From Octopus vulgaris (Eukaryota): a DNA stretch of 64,000 nucleotides. Under the pieces are notes generated by a model. That model searched no databases, was not told where the DNA came from, and saw nothing but the letters and a program-made list of their open reading frames with translations. The first letter of the stretch is position 1. Each line of letters starts with the position of its first letter. Shown here piece after piece: positions 24,656 to 36,579 of the stretch. The stretch is taken from contig OX597814.1 in NCBI GenBank assembly GCA_951406725.2, positions 8,494,001 to 8,558,000 of the forward strand, in the 5' to 3' direction. The translations under genes were made by a program, and so were the position numbers.

Positions 24656-25479
24656 TCACACACACACACACCATCCACCTTTTACATTCCCAGTGTCCCC
24701 TCAACATCTACCCACCCACACACACACACCTACTCTACACCGTGCAGTGAACTCATTACCCAACACCACACACCCACCAACACATTCAAACAGCATGTAC
24801 ACACATCCACACGCACTCACTCCTTCTCCTCTTCCTTCGCCCACAATAGCACCCACCCACCCCTCATGCTACCCATCCACATGCTTATAACAGCAACTAT
24901 GTCATAACACACCTACACTTCCCAACACCTACCACTTTCCCCACCCATCTTCCACCAAACACCTCTATCCAGTTTGACACAACACACACACACACACACA
25001 CATGTCACATAATGTTATACAGACACACACATATACAGACATGCAAATACGCAGCATATACACACACACATTCATCTCATGCAAGGATTTACATGCTCAC
25101 ACACCCAGATAACAGGTACACAGTTATCCCCCTTGCCACTTATACCTTTAGCAACCTCTTCATCTTCTGGTCATTTCAGCATGCAGTGACAATCCAATTC
25201 AGACATGTTTGTTGTTTTCTCTTTCCATTTTATGTTTCCTTTTCTTTTCTTCTTGAAGAAGAGTGTATGTTTGAAATGTAAAAGACTTTTATTTCTATTT
25301 CCCCTTTTATATCTATTTTCCTTTCTTCACCTCATCTTCATGTTATTTATAATTTTGAACTGAATATGTTGGTATGTCTGTATGTGTGTGTATATATGCC
25401 TGTATACATACATACATACATACATACATACATACATACATACATACAGGTATTATATATAATATGAATATTTTAAATG

Positions 25480-26100
25480 ATATCATCATTGTCATCAATG
25501 TTTAACGTCTGTTTTCCATACTGGCATGGTTGGATGGTTTTACTGAGATTTGGAGAGCGAGCAGCTGCACCAGGCTCCAATCTTGATCTGGCAGAGTTTC
25601 TACAGCTGGATGTCCTTCCTAGCGCCAACTACTCTAAGAGTGTAGTGGGTGCTTTTTACATGCCACCGGCACAGAAGCCAGTCATACAGGCCTGACATCG
25701 ATCACGTTCAGACAGTGCTTTTTATGTGCCACCAGCACAAAAGCCAGTCAGTGGTTACTGGCATTAGTGATGTTTAGATGGTGTGCATTATGTGCCACCA
25801 GCACAGTGCCCAGTCAAGCACTCTTGGTGTTGATCATGTTCGGATGGTGCTTTTTATGTGCCACCGGCATGGGAGCCAGTCAGGGAGTACTGGCATCAGC
25901 CCTACTACAAGCACAACATCTGAAATTTGGGGGAGGGAATGAGTCGATGACATCGACCCCAGTGTTTCACTGGTACTTAATTGATCGACTCTGAAAGCAT
26001 AAAGTGAACCTTGGCAGAATTTAAACTCAGAATGTAACAACAGACAAATTACTGCTAAGAATTTCATCCATCATGCTAACGATGCTGCCAGTTTGCTGCC
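25480..26100 (-). mobile_element. RTE/SINE 3' tail followed by a SINE fragment
   Basis: tttaacgtc..catggttggatgg..cagctggatgtccttcct tail motif, then gaccccagtgtttcactggtactt of the satellite-related SINE. Confidence 0.65.
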
Positions 26101-27429
26101 TTATAATGTGATGATAATAATAATAATAATAATAATAATAAATTAAAAAATATATATTTATTTATTATGATATATGTACTAGCAATGCATCCCGGTGTTC
26201 CCCGGGTGTCATGATATACAGCCACATTGTATTATTTGTTCCTTTCTTATGGGACTGTTATATAGTGAACTGGATTACTGGTGTAATGAAAGTTATTGTT
26301 TGTTTAAAAATAATGGTCGGGGAAGGTTACAATCTGCATGGGTTTGCATGAAAGTGCTCTCTGTTCTTAAGAAGGATCACAAACTATGTATTGTGTCATT
26401 GTATAAAAGGAGGTTAATATGATTTTGCCCTGAAATCGCGTTTTCAGAATTTTAATTCCCCCCCCCCCCATCTCCATCCCCACTGCACTTTCTTAATTTG
26501 TAACTTTTTTAATTTCTAATTTTTTTATCCATGTAGAAAGATTCAGAGATTATGAATCTGGGAAATCTGTTTTTTTTTTAAAGTTTAATTTTTATCTTAA
26601 ACATTCAATGCCCCTCTCTCACCTTGCCCACCCATCACCTACCCACTTTCAAAAAGCTAAAGACACCCAGTGTTTCACTTCTGTCTGATGTTTCATCCAT
26701 ATGTAGAATTGTAAATGTAAAAAATATCAGACAACTGCCAGAAAACCCAACATGCTAGAAACAACAGGTGAACAACATTAAATTTCCCTGCTTTCCAAAA
26801 AGCTAAAAGTGAAACTTTGGGAGGTTGTAGCTTTTTGAAAGTACTGAGGTGATGGGTGGATGTTTGGGAAGGAGATTTTAGTGTTTCTTTAAGCAAAAAG
26901 AAAATTCTTAAAGATTCGTACGCTCTGTTTGTTTTGGCTGTGGATTACCAAATAAAGAATTTTGAAAAAAGTAAAAAAATGAAGTTTGTATGGGGAGAGA
27001 GAAAATTATAATACTGAGAACATAGTTTGGGATGAAAGCCTAATCTCCTATATTGAAAACTTAAGAATTGGAAGAAATTTAAGAAAAAAAAAATCAGGTG
27101 GGGGTGGGAGGCACAAATGTTACCTCAGACATGCTAAAAACAACAGGTAAATGATAGGATTTCTGGGAGAACTTTTTAAATTTATATCAAGGATCAGGAT
27201 TTTAAATATATTTATCACAAACACAAATTAAAGAATGGAAAAAGGTGATTTCAATTGGATTTGAGCTGTAATTTTGCGTGTGCACATAACAAGAAAAAAC
27301 ATAATTCATACAGAAGTGTTGCCTAGAGTGTGTGTGTGTGCATGCCAAAGGAAGTTATGATATTCTTTTGTTTGAAGCAGGAAAGTTGTCAATTCAATCC
27401 TGTGGTCTACCATATGGAATCATATGATT

Positions 27430-27761
27430 GTTAATTTCCATAAAAATTTTTTATTTCTTTATGCTTTGAAGAGAGGAGAAAGTGAAAAGAGAAAGTGAAA
27501 ACGTTTGCTTTGAAGTGGGTGCAGAAAGTGAAAAGGTGATATTTGCTTTGAAGTGTGAGCAGAAAGTGAAAGAGAGGAGAAAATGAAAGATGGATGTACA
27601 TGTATGAGAAATGGATGTGTTTGTGTGTGCATGTGTGCATGAGAGAGTGAGTGAGTGAAGGCATGTGTTGTCATGCATGAATTTTTTGCATGTATGTGTT
27701 AGTGACACTCACTTGCTCTTTCTTTCTTTCTTTCTTTCTCCCTCTCTCTCTCTCTCTCTCT

Positions 27762-27795
<34 letters not shown>

Positions 27796-28710
27796 TCATC
27801 TTTCATATACATGTATGTAAATACGTATGCATGGTTCTATTTTGTATGTGTGTGTGTGTGTGTGTGAGAGTGAAAGTGAGTGACTATATTTACCCATAAC
27901 ATATAGAGAAATGGATTTCTTTTAAGGTGCACACTCTTATAGAAAATGTGACATAGTCGCTATGATACATAATATCTTTTATGAAAGTTGACTTATAGAA
28001 AGATTATAACCTTAATCTTTTTTTAATCAAATATGTAAATGAAAATAAAGTTCATTTGTTAGTCGAAAGAAAACCGAATCTTTTGATACCCCATACATTA
28101 GAATTGGCAACTCAGTTCTCGAATGCATTCATTAATTTCTGTAAGAATTTTTTTATTTCTTTATACTTTAAAAATAGCAGAATATGAAAGGGAAAGTGAA
28201 GTGAAAAGGTGGCATTTACTTTTAAGTGAGAGTAGACTGTGAAAGTTGTATGTACATGTATATGAAATGGACGCGTGTGTAAGTGTGTGTGTGCGCACGC
28301 ATGTGCATGTGTGTGTGAGAGGGAGAGAGTGAGTGAGTGAAGGTGTATCTTGTCATGCATATTTTTTGCATGTATAAGTGGCACTCGGTTTCTTTCTCTC
28401 TCACTCTCTTTCTCTCTCTCACACACACACACACATCTTTCATATACATGTACATAAATACATTTGCATACATCATTTTTGTACATATGTGTGCATGCGC
28501 ATGGGAGAGAGAGAGAATTAGTGACTGTATTTCCCCATAACATATAGAGAAATGGATGTCTTTTGAGGTACATCGTCATTGTGGCATAAAATGTTTATGA
28601 TAGTTGAGTTAAAGAAAAGATTATCATGTCAAATTTTTGTAATGCAAATATGTAAATTAAAATAATATTTATTGGGTAACCAAAAGGTTACTGAATCATT
28701 TAATACCCCA
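27430..28710. repeat. Diverged tandem duplication (two ~600-700 bp units)
   Basis: 27430-28093 and 28131-28710 share their start (ttaattt..ttttttatttctttat), internal CA/CT tracts and end (ataccccat). Confidence 0.7.
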
Positions 28711-29137
28711 TTCGAGCGTGATCGTTACCAGCGTTGCCTTACTGACACTCGAACCCCGTGCTCGTAGGGTATTAAGAGCACCATCCGAGCATGATCATTG
28801 CCAGAGCAGCTATCTGGCCTCCATGCCGGTGGCACATAAAAGAGCACCATTCGAGCGTGATCATTACCAACGTCGCCTTACTGGCACCTGTGCCGGTGGC
28901 ATGTGTAAAAAGATTCGAGCGAGGTCGTTGCCAGTACTGCCTGACTGGCCCCCACTTACCGGTGGCATGCAAAAGCACCCACTACACTCTCGGAGTGAAA
29001 GGGCATCCAGCTGTAGAAACTCTGCCAGATCAAGATTGAAGCTTGGTGCAGCCATCTGGTTCGCCAGTCCTCAGTCAAACCGTCCAACCCATGAAAAGTG
29101 GACATTAAACAATGATGATGATGATGATGATGATGAT
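28708..29137 (+). mobile_element. RTE-LINE 3' UTR fragment ending in (GAT)n
   Basis: Similar to 45600-46040 and 7930-8165. Confidence 0.7.
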
Positions 29138-29157
29138 AATTTAAAGAAAAGCATACT

Positions 29158-29705
29158 TCATCATCATCATCATCATTTAACGTCCGCTTTCCATACTAGC
29201 ATGAGTTGGACGGTTCAACTGGGGTCTGTGAAGCCGGAAGGCTGCATCAGGCCCAGTCTGATCTGGCAGTGTTTTTACGGCTGGATGCCCTTCCTAACGC
29301 CAACCACTGCGTGAGTGTAGTGGGTGCTTTTTACGTACCACCCGCACAGGATCCAGACAGAGCTGGCAAACGACCACGAACGGATGGTGCTTTTACATGC
29401 CACTGGCACAGGGGCCAGGTGAGGCTGGCAATGGACACGAATGGATGGTGCTTTTACGTGCCACTGGCACGGAGGCCAGACGTGGCGGCACCAGCAACAG
29501 CCACGATCGGATGGTTCGCTTAACCACAGCTGCAATTTTCACTGATGTTGATCGACCTCAATTTTGGTTCTGCTTTCTGATATCTGATTTGATTTGGTTT
29601 GATTTTGATTTCGATTTTGACTGTTCTCATTGGTCTTGCCGGGTCTTCTCATACACAGCATACTTCCATAGGTCTCAGTCTTTAGTCATTTCCTTGGTGA
29701 GACCT
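29158..29705 (-). mobile_element. RTE-LINE 3' fragment, tail-to-tail with the previous copy
   Basis: (CAT)n followed by ttaacgtccgctttcca..ggctggatgcccttcctaac. Confidence 0.7.
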
Positions 29706-30757
29706 ATGAAATTTTCTATAAATATGCTTCAGATGGTATAAATTCCAATTCTATTGGAACTTGTAAAAAACAACAAAAAAACCCCCCTCAAAAACAAATA
29801 TCTGATGTGTATCAATGTTTATGTATGCTATCCCAGCAATTTATATTTTTGCCTCAAATTCCATTATTATCTTATATACACACCTTGAAAGGTATTTGTG
29901 GAAATTTTCATTTAAAAATAACCATTTTTCCAAAAGTTATGAGGAAACGAATTTGAGTTTATGTGAATTTTCTGAAACTCCTCTCTCCACTCCCTCAAAA
30001 ACATTTTTTTCACACCAAATTCCCAACTTACTGGAATCTACACCATCTGAAGCCTGTTTTAATAAATGTTTTAAGCAAAAACGTTTCATAAGAGGTGGAA
30101 GATCACATTTTACTAACCAGTTTCACTGTTTTCAGACTCTGAAAGTTTCAAGTATGTTCTTCAATGTATTTTTAATTCCATGTGGTAGAAGAAATAGATG
30201 GAAATAATCTTATATAGCCTTGTCGCTATATAAAAGTTGGTGGGGAAATGACTACAAGTTAGCATGACTTCTCTTGCTAAATCATATTTTCAGGAAGGAA
30301 TATCTCTTATTATAAAAGGCAGATTTTATCTGCCTCCCTTTGGGAGTTATAGAAATCTACAATATAGGATTTCTTCAATTACAATTTACCTAGCATTTTT
30401 AAGAGTACAATGCATCGCGTCATGCCAGGTCCAGTTTTTAAAATTTAAACTCCGATTAAGCAAAATTTACAGAAAACTCACATTCTGGTGTGTGTGTCAA
30501 ATGCTTTTCTTAGTCTGGTTTACACCACACGCAAACGCACACACACAGTGTGTAACGAATAAAGTGAAACTAGATGTAATATTTGTTTCTGTCTATCACG
30601 CTGATAGATACATGAGTAAAATGTATGGGAAGCTAACAAATAAGGGTGAGTGAAAATGTTCTTGGAAGAGAGTAAATAGCGAGACAGAGTGATTTGAGGA
30701 AGACTTTACATTAAATAACCGTAGTGGCTTCTGTTAGTAATAAAGTAAACATACACT

Positions 30758-30788
30758 CATACATACATACATACATACATACATACAT

Positions 30789-30843
<55 letters not shown>

Positions 30844-31280
30844 TACACATACACATACATACATACACACATACATACATACATACATACATATACATAC
30901 ATACATACACACACACATACATACATACACACACATACATACATATATACATACATACATACATACATATACATACATACATATACATACATACATACAC
31001 ACACACACACATACACACACACACAGTATTGGAGCTTGAGAACAATCAGATACATTTGCAACACATCTGTTGAAAATATTATTGTTCACACACATACATA
31101 TACATATATACATACAGACAGACAGACAGATAGACACACACACACACACACATGATCCAGCATGGCCACAACCTCAAGGCTGAAACATATAAAAGAATAA
31201 CAGAATATAAATGTGTGCATGTGTGTGAGAGAGAGAGAGTGTGTGTGTATATGTATGTATGTATGTATGTATATATATAT
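30758..31280. repeat. (TACA)n/(CA)n/(TA)n compound microsatellite
   Basis: Seen directly in the sequence. Confidence 0.9.
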
Positions 31281-31870
31281 AATAATGCGGTTTTTTCAAC
31301 AGCTTGAACTAAAAGTCAGAGGGGAATGGGATAAACTACTTATATTAACTTGCTATAAAAGCAGGTAGTAATTTTATCTTGTCCTTATTCATAGTGCAAG
31401 TTTTGAAGAGTGCATTTCGATTTTAACAGCTATTTTTTTCAAAGCTATGTTGGAAGTAACAAAGGAGCATATTTGGCATATTTTGCTTTATGAGTTCAAG
31501 AAAGACAACAACGCAACGGAAAGTACAAGAAATATTAATGCAGTATATGGGGATTGGACAATAAGCGTAAGGCAGTGTCAATGGTGGTTCCAGAAATTCC
31601 GAGCCATAAACTACAGCCTAGAAGACGAGCCTCATCCTGAAAGATCTGTAGAACTCGACAAGGACATCCTGAAAACCCTGGTGGAACAAAATCTCATCGT
31701 AACTGTTGAGGAACTAGCAGAGAAGCTTGGATTTGGTCATTCAACCATTCATTGAGACCTGTGTGCTATCGGAAAAGTCAGCAAATTGGGTCAATGGGTT
31801 CCTCACGAACTTTCCGAGTCTAATTGCATGCAGAGAGTGAATGTATGCTTTTCTTTGCTGTCACATCTCA
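31280..31870 (+). mobile_element. Mariner transposon relic (5' part of transposase)
   Basis: ORF 31447-31755 reads HIWHILLYEFKK..QCQWWFQKFR..LEDEPHPER (mariner HTH). After an in-frame TGA it continues to LGQWVPHEL, the mariner linker motif. No DDD domain is present. Confidence 0.9.
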
Positions 31871-31890
31871 CCACTACTGCGCTATGTATA

Positions 31891-32527
31891 TCTATATATA
31901 TAAAACTGTAGTTGTGTGAGTGTCTGTCCCCTTCGATTTAGATTCCTAACTACTCCCACATTTTGCGGTGCAGTTTAACCAAATTCGGGTAGCTTATAGT
32001 CGTGATTCATATCGAGCCCGTCTGAGTATTAGCGCGCGTCTACGATGAGTCTACAATTTTAAAAATAATTTAACATCATTTTTTATTCCATTTTAATGCA
32101 TAATTTTTCGTGTGTCGATGGCGGCGGAGTTGGCGTCCATGCTCACACCTGCACCTGTGGGGAAGGGAGTGTAAGGAAATCAACGTCGTAATGCGTTGTC
32201 AAGGAGACCAGCGTTCTTTTAGAACAACGACTTCATGGCTTTAAGACACCAAAACAGAAATGGCTAAGAAAGCGTCTACATGAGTCTACGATTTAAAAAA
32301 AAATTTACCATCGTTTTTTTTCCATTTTAAGGCATTTTTTCGCTATTATATAAGGGAAGTAACTCTCTAAAAATGTCTACGATGAGTCAACGATTTAAAA
32401 AAAAATTTACCATCATATTTTTTCCATTTTTAATGCATTTTTTGCTATTTTTTGGCTATAACTCTCTAAAAATGCTTATATAGTTATTTACCTTACAAAC
32501 CCGATCAACGCCGGGCGATACTGCTAG
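31891..32527 (+). mobile_element. Non-autonomous Helitron
   Basis: A|TC 5' end (tctatatatataaa), 3' hairpin cccgatcaacgccggg then CTAG|T; inserted at an AT dinucleotide with no TSD; internal sub-repeats (tctacgatgagtc..atttaaaaa). Confidence 0.8.
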
Positions 32528-32599
32528 TCATTACTATTTATATGGAATAAAGTAGTTCTTTTAAGAGAGAGAGAAAAATGTTTAATTGTTTATTTTCAG

Positions 32600-32761
32600 A
32601 AACCACATCATTAAACCCATCCCTTCTTGGTCCACAACCTAAAGCAGCCCCTATGACACCCAGAACTAATGTGGCATCCGGAGAAAATGATGGCATTGAA
32701 ATAAACCTAATGACTGATTCAATTTCTAAATATATCATGATGGGGGGTAATAATGATGTTG
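32600..32761 (+). CDS. Truncated duplicate of the linker/macro-start exon (possible alternative exon)
   Basis: Acceptor tttattttcag| (phase 1). ETTSLNPSLLGPQPKAAPMTPRTNVASGENDGIEINLMTDSISK is paralogous to 32822-32958 but lacks its donor. A candidate new donor G|gtatga at 32761/32762 is in compatible phase. Confidence 0.45.
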
Positions 32762-32821
32762 GTATGAGTGTGTGTGTGTCTATACACACACACACACACA
32801 CTGATATTTGTTTATTTTCAG

Positions 32822-32958
32822 AAACCACAACATCAAGCTCATCCATTCCTGGTCCAAGACAGGAACCATCCTCTGTGACACCCAGAACTAATGTGGCATC
32901 TGGAGTAAATGCTGGCATTAAAATAAACCTAATGATTGATTCAATTTCTAATGCATCT
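32822..32958 (+). CDS. Macro module copy 1, exon A (S/T/P linker + first strands)
   Basis: tttattttcag| ... TCT|gtgagt; phase 1 to 0; ETTTSSSSIPGPRQEPSSVTPRTNVASGVNAGIKINLMIDSISNAS. Confidence 0.85.
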
Positions 32959-33237
32959 GTGAGTAAATAGATTCATGTAACTTATTTATTTAATTGTTAT
33001 TTCATTTCCAAATGAGGAATCATTAAAGTTAATTAAAACATTTTCTCAATCTAACTCAAACATTTTATTTCCTTCACATCTGATATCTTGAGTATATCTT
33101 TTGCTAACTTTAACAACCTCAAACTTACTACAGCCATTCTGTAGAGCCTTTCTTAACAACAATATCAACTGCAACAATGTATCTCTCTTCTCTCCATGGA
33201 ATGTTCCTTAGTTGTTTACCATTAATTACTTTTGTAG

Positions 33238-33465
33238 GTTGATGTCATCGTTAACAACACCAATAAAGAACTCCAGCTTAACAATGGTTCTATCTCCAAA
33301 TTTATTCTCAATGCTGCTGGTTCAGAGATACAAGATGAATGTAACCAGGAATATCCTCAAGGTATTTCTACATCTACAATAGCCATCACTAAAGGATATA
33401 ACCTCAACTGTGAGAATGTATTTCATCTGGTATTACCTAAATGGAATGAAAATTCCTCTGATTCA
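33238..33465 (+). CDS. Macro module copy 1, exon B (macro domain core)
   Basis: tttgtag| ... TCA|gtaagt; 228 nt; VDVIVNNTNKELQLNNGSISKFILNAAGSEIQDECNQEYPQGISTSTIAITKGYNLNCENVFHLVLPKWNENSSDS, PARP14 macro2/3-like. Missed by the ORF track. Confidence 0.92.
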
Positions 33466-34074
33466 GTAAGTATCAATCAAATGATATTGATTTATTGAAG
33501 CAGTTAATGTTTGAAGAGAACCTTATGCATGTTGTGTGAGAATCATAAAGCAAATGTCAGCATCCTGTTTAATATTTGTTCTTCCAAGTTATCATTGGAA
33601 GGAAGCAGAAGATATCGATGAACAGGACACTTTTATATATAAATAGAAGGAAAAAAGCCTCATGGCCTAACAACAGTTATGTGACTGATAAATAAGACTA
33701 TATTAAAACATATTTCTGTGTTTTACTCTCTGTATTGGTGAGTTTTTCTCTGTCATGGCACGAGCACTAGAGAGGTTGTCATGTCCTCAACAACACTAAA
33801 GACTCCTCTTGGGTCTGCATTGACTCTCTTCATTCACCAACCATTTTACACGGTGGATTGGGTCTGTTTTATTGTAGCAGCATCATGAGTGAGGTTGCCT
33901 TGTCCCTTGCAGGACTAAAGAGTGATAGGAATGACAGATGTGTTTAGAAGTGGTAGGAGTGAGAGGAGTTGTGAGAGGAGAATATATTTATTACAACTTA
34001 ATGGTTTCTTCCTGTAATAAGAAAGTAATTCAATAAAATGTTCATTATCAATTGCTAAACACTTATTTTTTTAG

Positions 34075-34299
34075 ATTCTGGCAAACTTGACTCAAATAAT
34101 AACCATTTGTCTGGAAAAGGCTGAGAGAATGGGAGCAAAAAGCCTGGCATTTCCTATATTAGGGGCTGAAATGAAATACCCCATAGAAAAACTACCTGGA
34201 ATTATGTATGAAGCAGTGAAAAACTACTCAGATCGAAATTCAAGCTGGATCAAAGATGTTTACTTTGTTGTTTTACCTCAAGACACAGAAATAGTAAAG
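34075..34299 (+). CDS. Macro module copy 1, exon C (macro C-terminal half)
   Basis: ttttttag| ... AAG|gttggt; 225 nt; ILANLTQIITICLEKAERMGAKSLAFPILGAEMKYP...IKDVYFVV carries the SIAFP-type motif. Confidence 0.92.
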
Positions 34300-34332
34300 G
34301 TTGGTTGATGTTTTTGTTGGTTGTTGTTTTAT

Positions 34333-34900
34333 GATCATCATCATCATCATCATCATTATTTAACATCCATTGTCCAAACTGGCATGGGTTGAACTGTTTA
34401 ACCAGTGCTGGCAAACTGAGGGGTTGCACCAGGCTCCGGTCTAATTTGCCATGGTTTCTATGGCTGGATGCCTTTCCTAACACCAATCATTCTGAGAATG
34501 TAATGGGTGCTTCTTATGTGCCACTGGCATGGATGCCACTTACATGACACTGGCAACTGCCAGTTTGCCTCTATGAGGCCCAACGCTTGAAAGATGCTTT
34601 TTACATGCCACCAGCATAGGGGCTAGTCACTTATGTGACACTGACAATGGCTACAACTATGAATTCGCTTGGCTTGACGGCTCTTCTCAAGCATGGCATA
34701 TCACAAAAGGTCTCGGTCACTAGTCATCTGTGAGGCCCAATGTTTGAAGATTATGCTTCACATCTTGTCCCTTGTCTTTCTGGATCTTCCATTTCCACAG
34801 CTTCAATCCACAGGTACTTCTTCACACAGCTGTCCACATCCATACACATCACATGACCATACCAGCACAGTTGTCGCTCTTGCACACCACATCTGATGCT
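34333..34900 (-). mobile_element. RTE LINE 3' fragment
   Basis: (CAT)n tail plus the shared tail motifs and RTE C-terminal remnants. Confidence 0.65.
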
Positions 34901-36579
34901 TGTCCAACTTTTCAATCAATACATTTACACTCTGTCTTACATTTTTGGAAGTTACCAAAGGAAATATTCTGCAATAAATAAAGAAAATAGAAACAAAAAT
35001 ATGGAATCAGTTTTGTAAATTTATTTGTTGGTGTCTTAGAATTCTTCAGTTGGAATGTTGGAATCTTTGATGTTTCTCATGGCCCTGTCTTCCATACTTT
35101 TAGGTTAGCTTGGTTTTCTTCAACTCTTCCATTCCATGATTTAATTCTTTGTAACTTGATATGGATTCAGTGTAGCTACCTCCACCACCACCACTACCAC
35201 TACCTACCCACAACATCCTTCAACAATTCCATTTTGGTTACTGACCAACCAAAAATGTGTTAATGGCACCACCAGAACACTGATGGTTTTCTTTCATTTC
35301 TGTTCTTCAAAGTGGAACGCTTTGGAAACTCTTTCCACAATTCTTTCCATATTTCTTCCCACAGGAAACAATGGGGATTCTGTCAGTAATATAGAGGGGA
35401 GGATAGAGGGGTATGTCCAATAAGAGTATGAGGGGAGATGTTTAGAGATAGTGAGAGGACATTAGAGTGGCTGGGGGTGTGGTAGATATGTGAGGACATG
35501 GACAGTGTGCAGATAGGCGAGAGAGAGTGGAGGAGCCTACAGTGGGGTGGGGGAAAAGTTGGGTTGTGAGGGAGCTTGGTAGACAATAGAATTATGTGTG
35601 AGAGGTGGGTCATGTTTGTAAGGGACATGCCTATATGTATGGATGGTCACAATGTTACTTAGCTTATAAGATGAAATATAAAAAAAGCATAAATAAAATA
35701 TAAGAATGAAAGAATACAGAACAGAGTGGGTAATGTAGTCCTAGGTAGACTGCTTGTCTGATGGCCTCATCCTGTTCTTTGACTGACTTATTGTGTCCTA
35801 TATTTGCTCTGTCATGATTACCTGCCTCACAGAATACAACAACAACAACAACACGGGGAATACAACAAAAAGCTTTGTAGACAGTGAGCAGATGTGGTTA
35901 CCATTTGTCAGACAGGTTTTTCAACAGCTTGTTCAAACTGTGTCCTGGATTAAGCATAGACCAAGGCAGGGTACCTGCCACCTAGAGTATCTTCAGGTTC
36001 CCATAGGCCTCTGTCAGTTGGGCAATGTGGACAGTGGAAGTTCCACTCTAGCATTATATAGAGGATTACTGGCAGATAAGTACGACGTTCTTGAGGAGAC
36101 TCTGGACATCAATGAGAAGGATCTGTCCCAGAATGTTAGAATGTCCCTTTTACATTATATCACTTTCACATTATCTTCTTGCATTCCATACAGTCTTACA
36201 ATTTCCCCTTTCATTTTGGAGTACTTGGTCATTTTTTCAACCTCTTCTCTCACAACATTCATGTCATTTGGTATGGCTACATCAATGATCTGACTTATTC
36301 AAACTCCAAAGAATCCCTCTCAACACATGGCTATAATGCTTCCCCACTACTTCTGCTCATGATCAGAGATTCATATATCATCAGCCACTAAGAGACATGC
36401 TCAACTGGTTAAGGTCAAACAACTGTGGTATTGAGCAGAATATTTGCTGTAGCCCATCTTTTATACCAGGACAAAACAATGTACATGATAACACTTCCAA
36501 TCAGTTAAGATCATAAGCCATGAGAGCCACTGCTTGGTATTGCATTGTGGCACTGTATTACCATTATTATTATTATTCA

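Larger units (their letters stand above)
26179..30575 (-). mobile_element. Putative non-autonomous Helitron-like element (5' limit uncertain)
   Basis: a|CTAG followed by the GC hairpin cccggtgttccccggg at about 26190-26206 reads as a Helitron 3' end on the minus strand. Body is AT-rich and non-coding. The far boundary is a guess. Confidence 0.4.

Noticed and set aside
30711-31155. His/Thr/Tyr and Val/Cys/Met ORFs
   Set aside because: Translations of a (TACA)n/(CA)n microsatellite.
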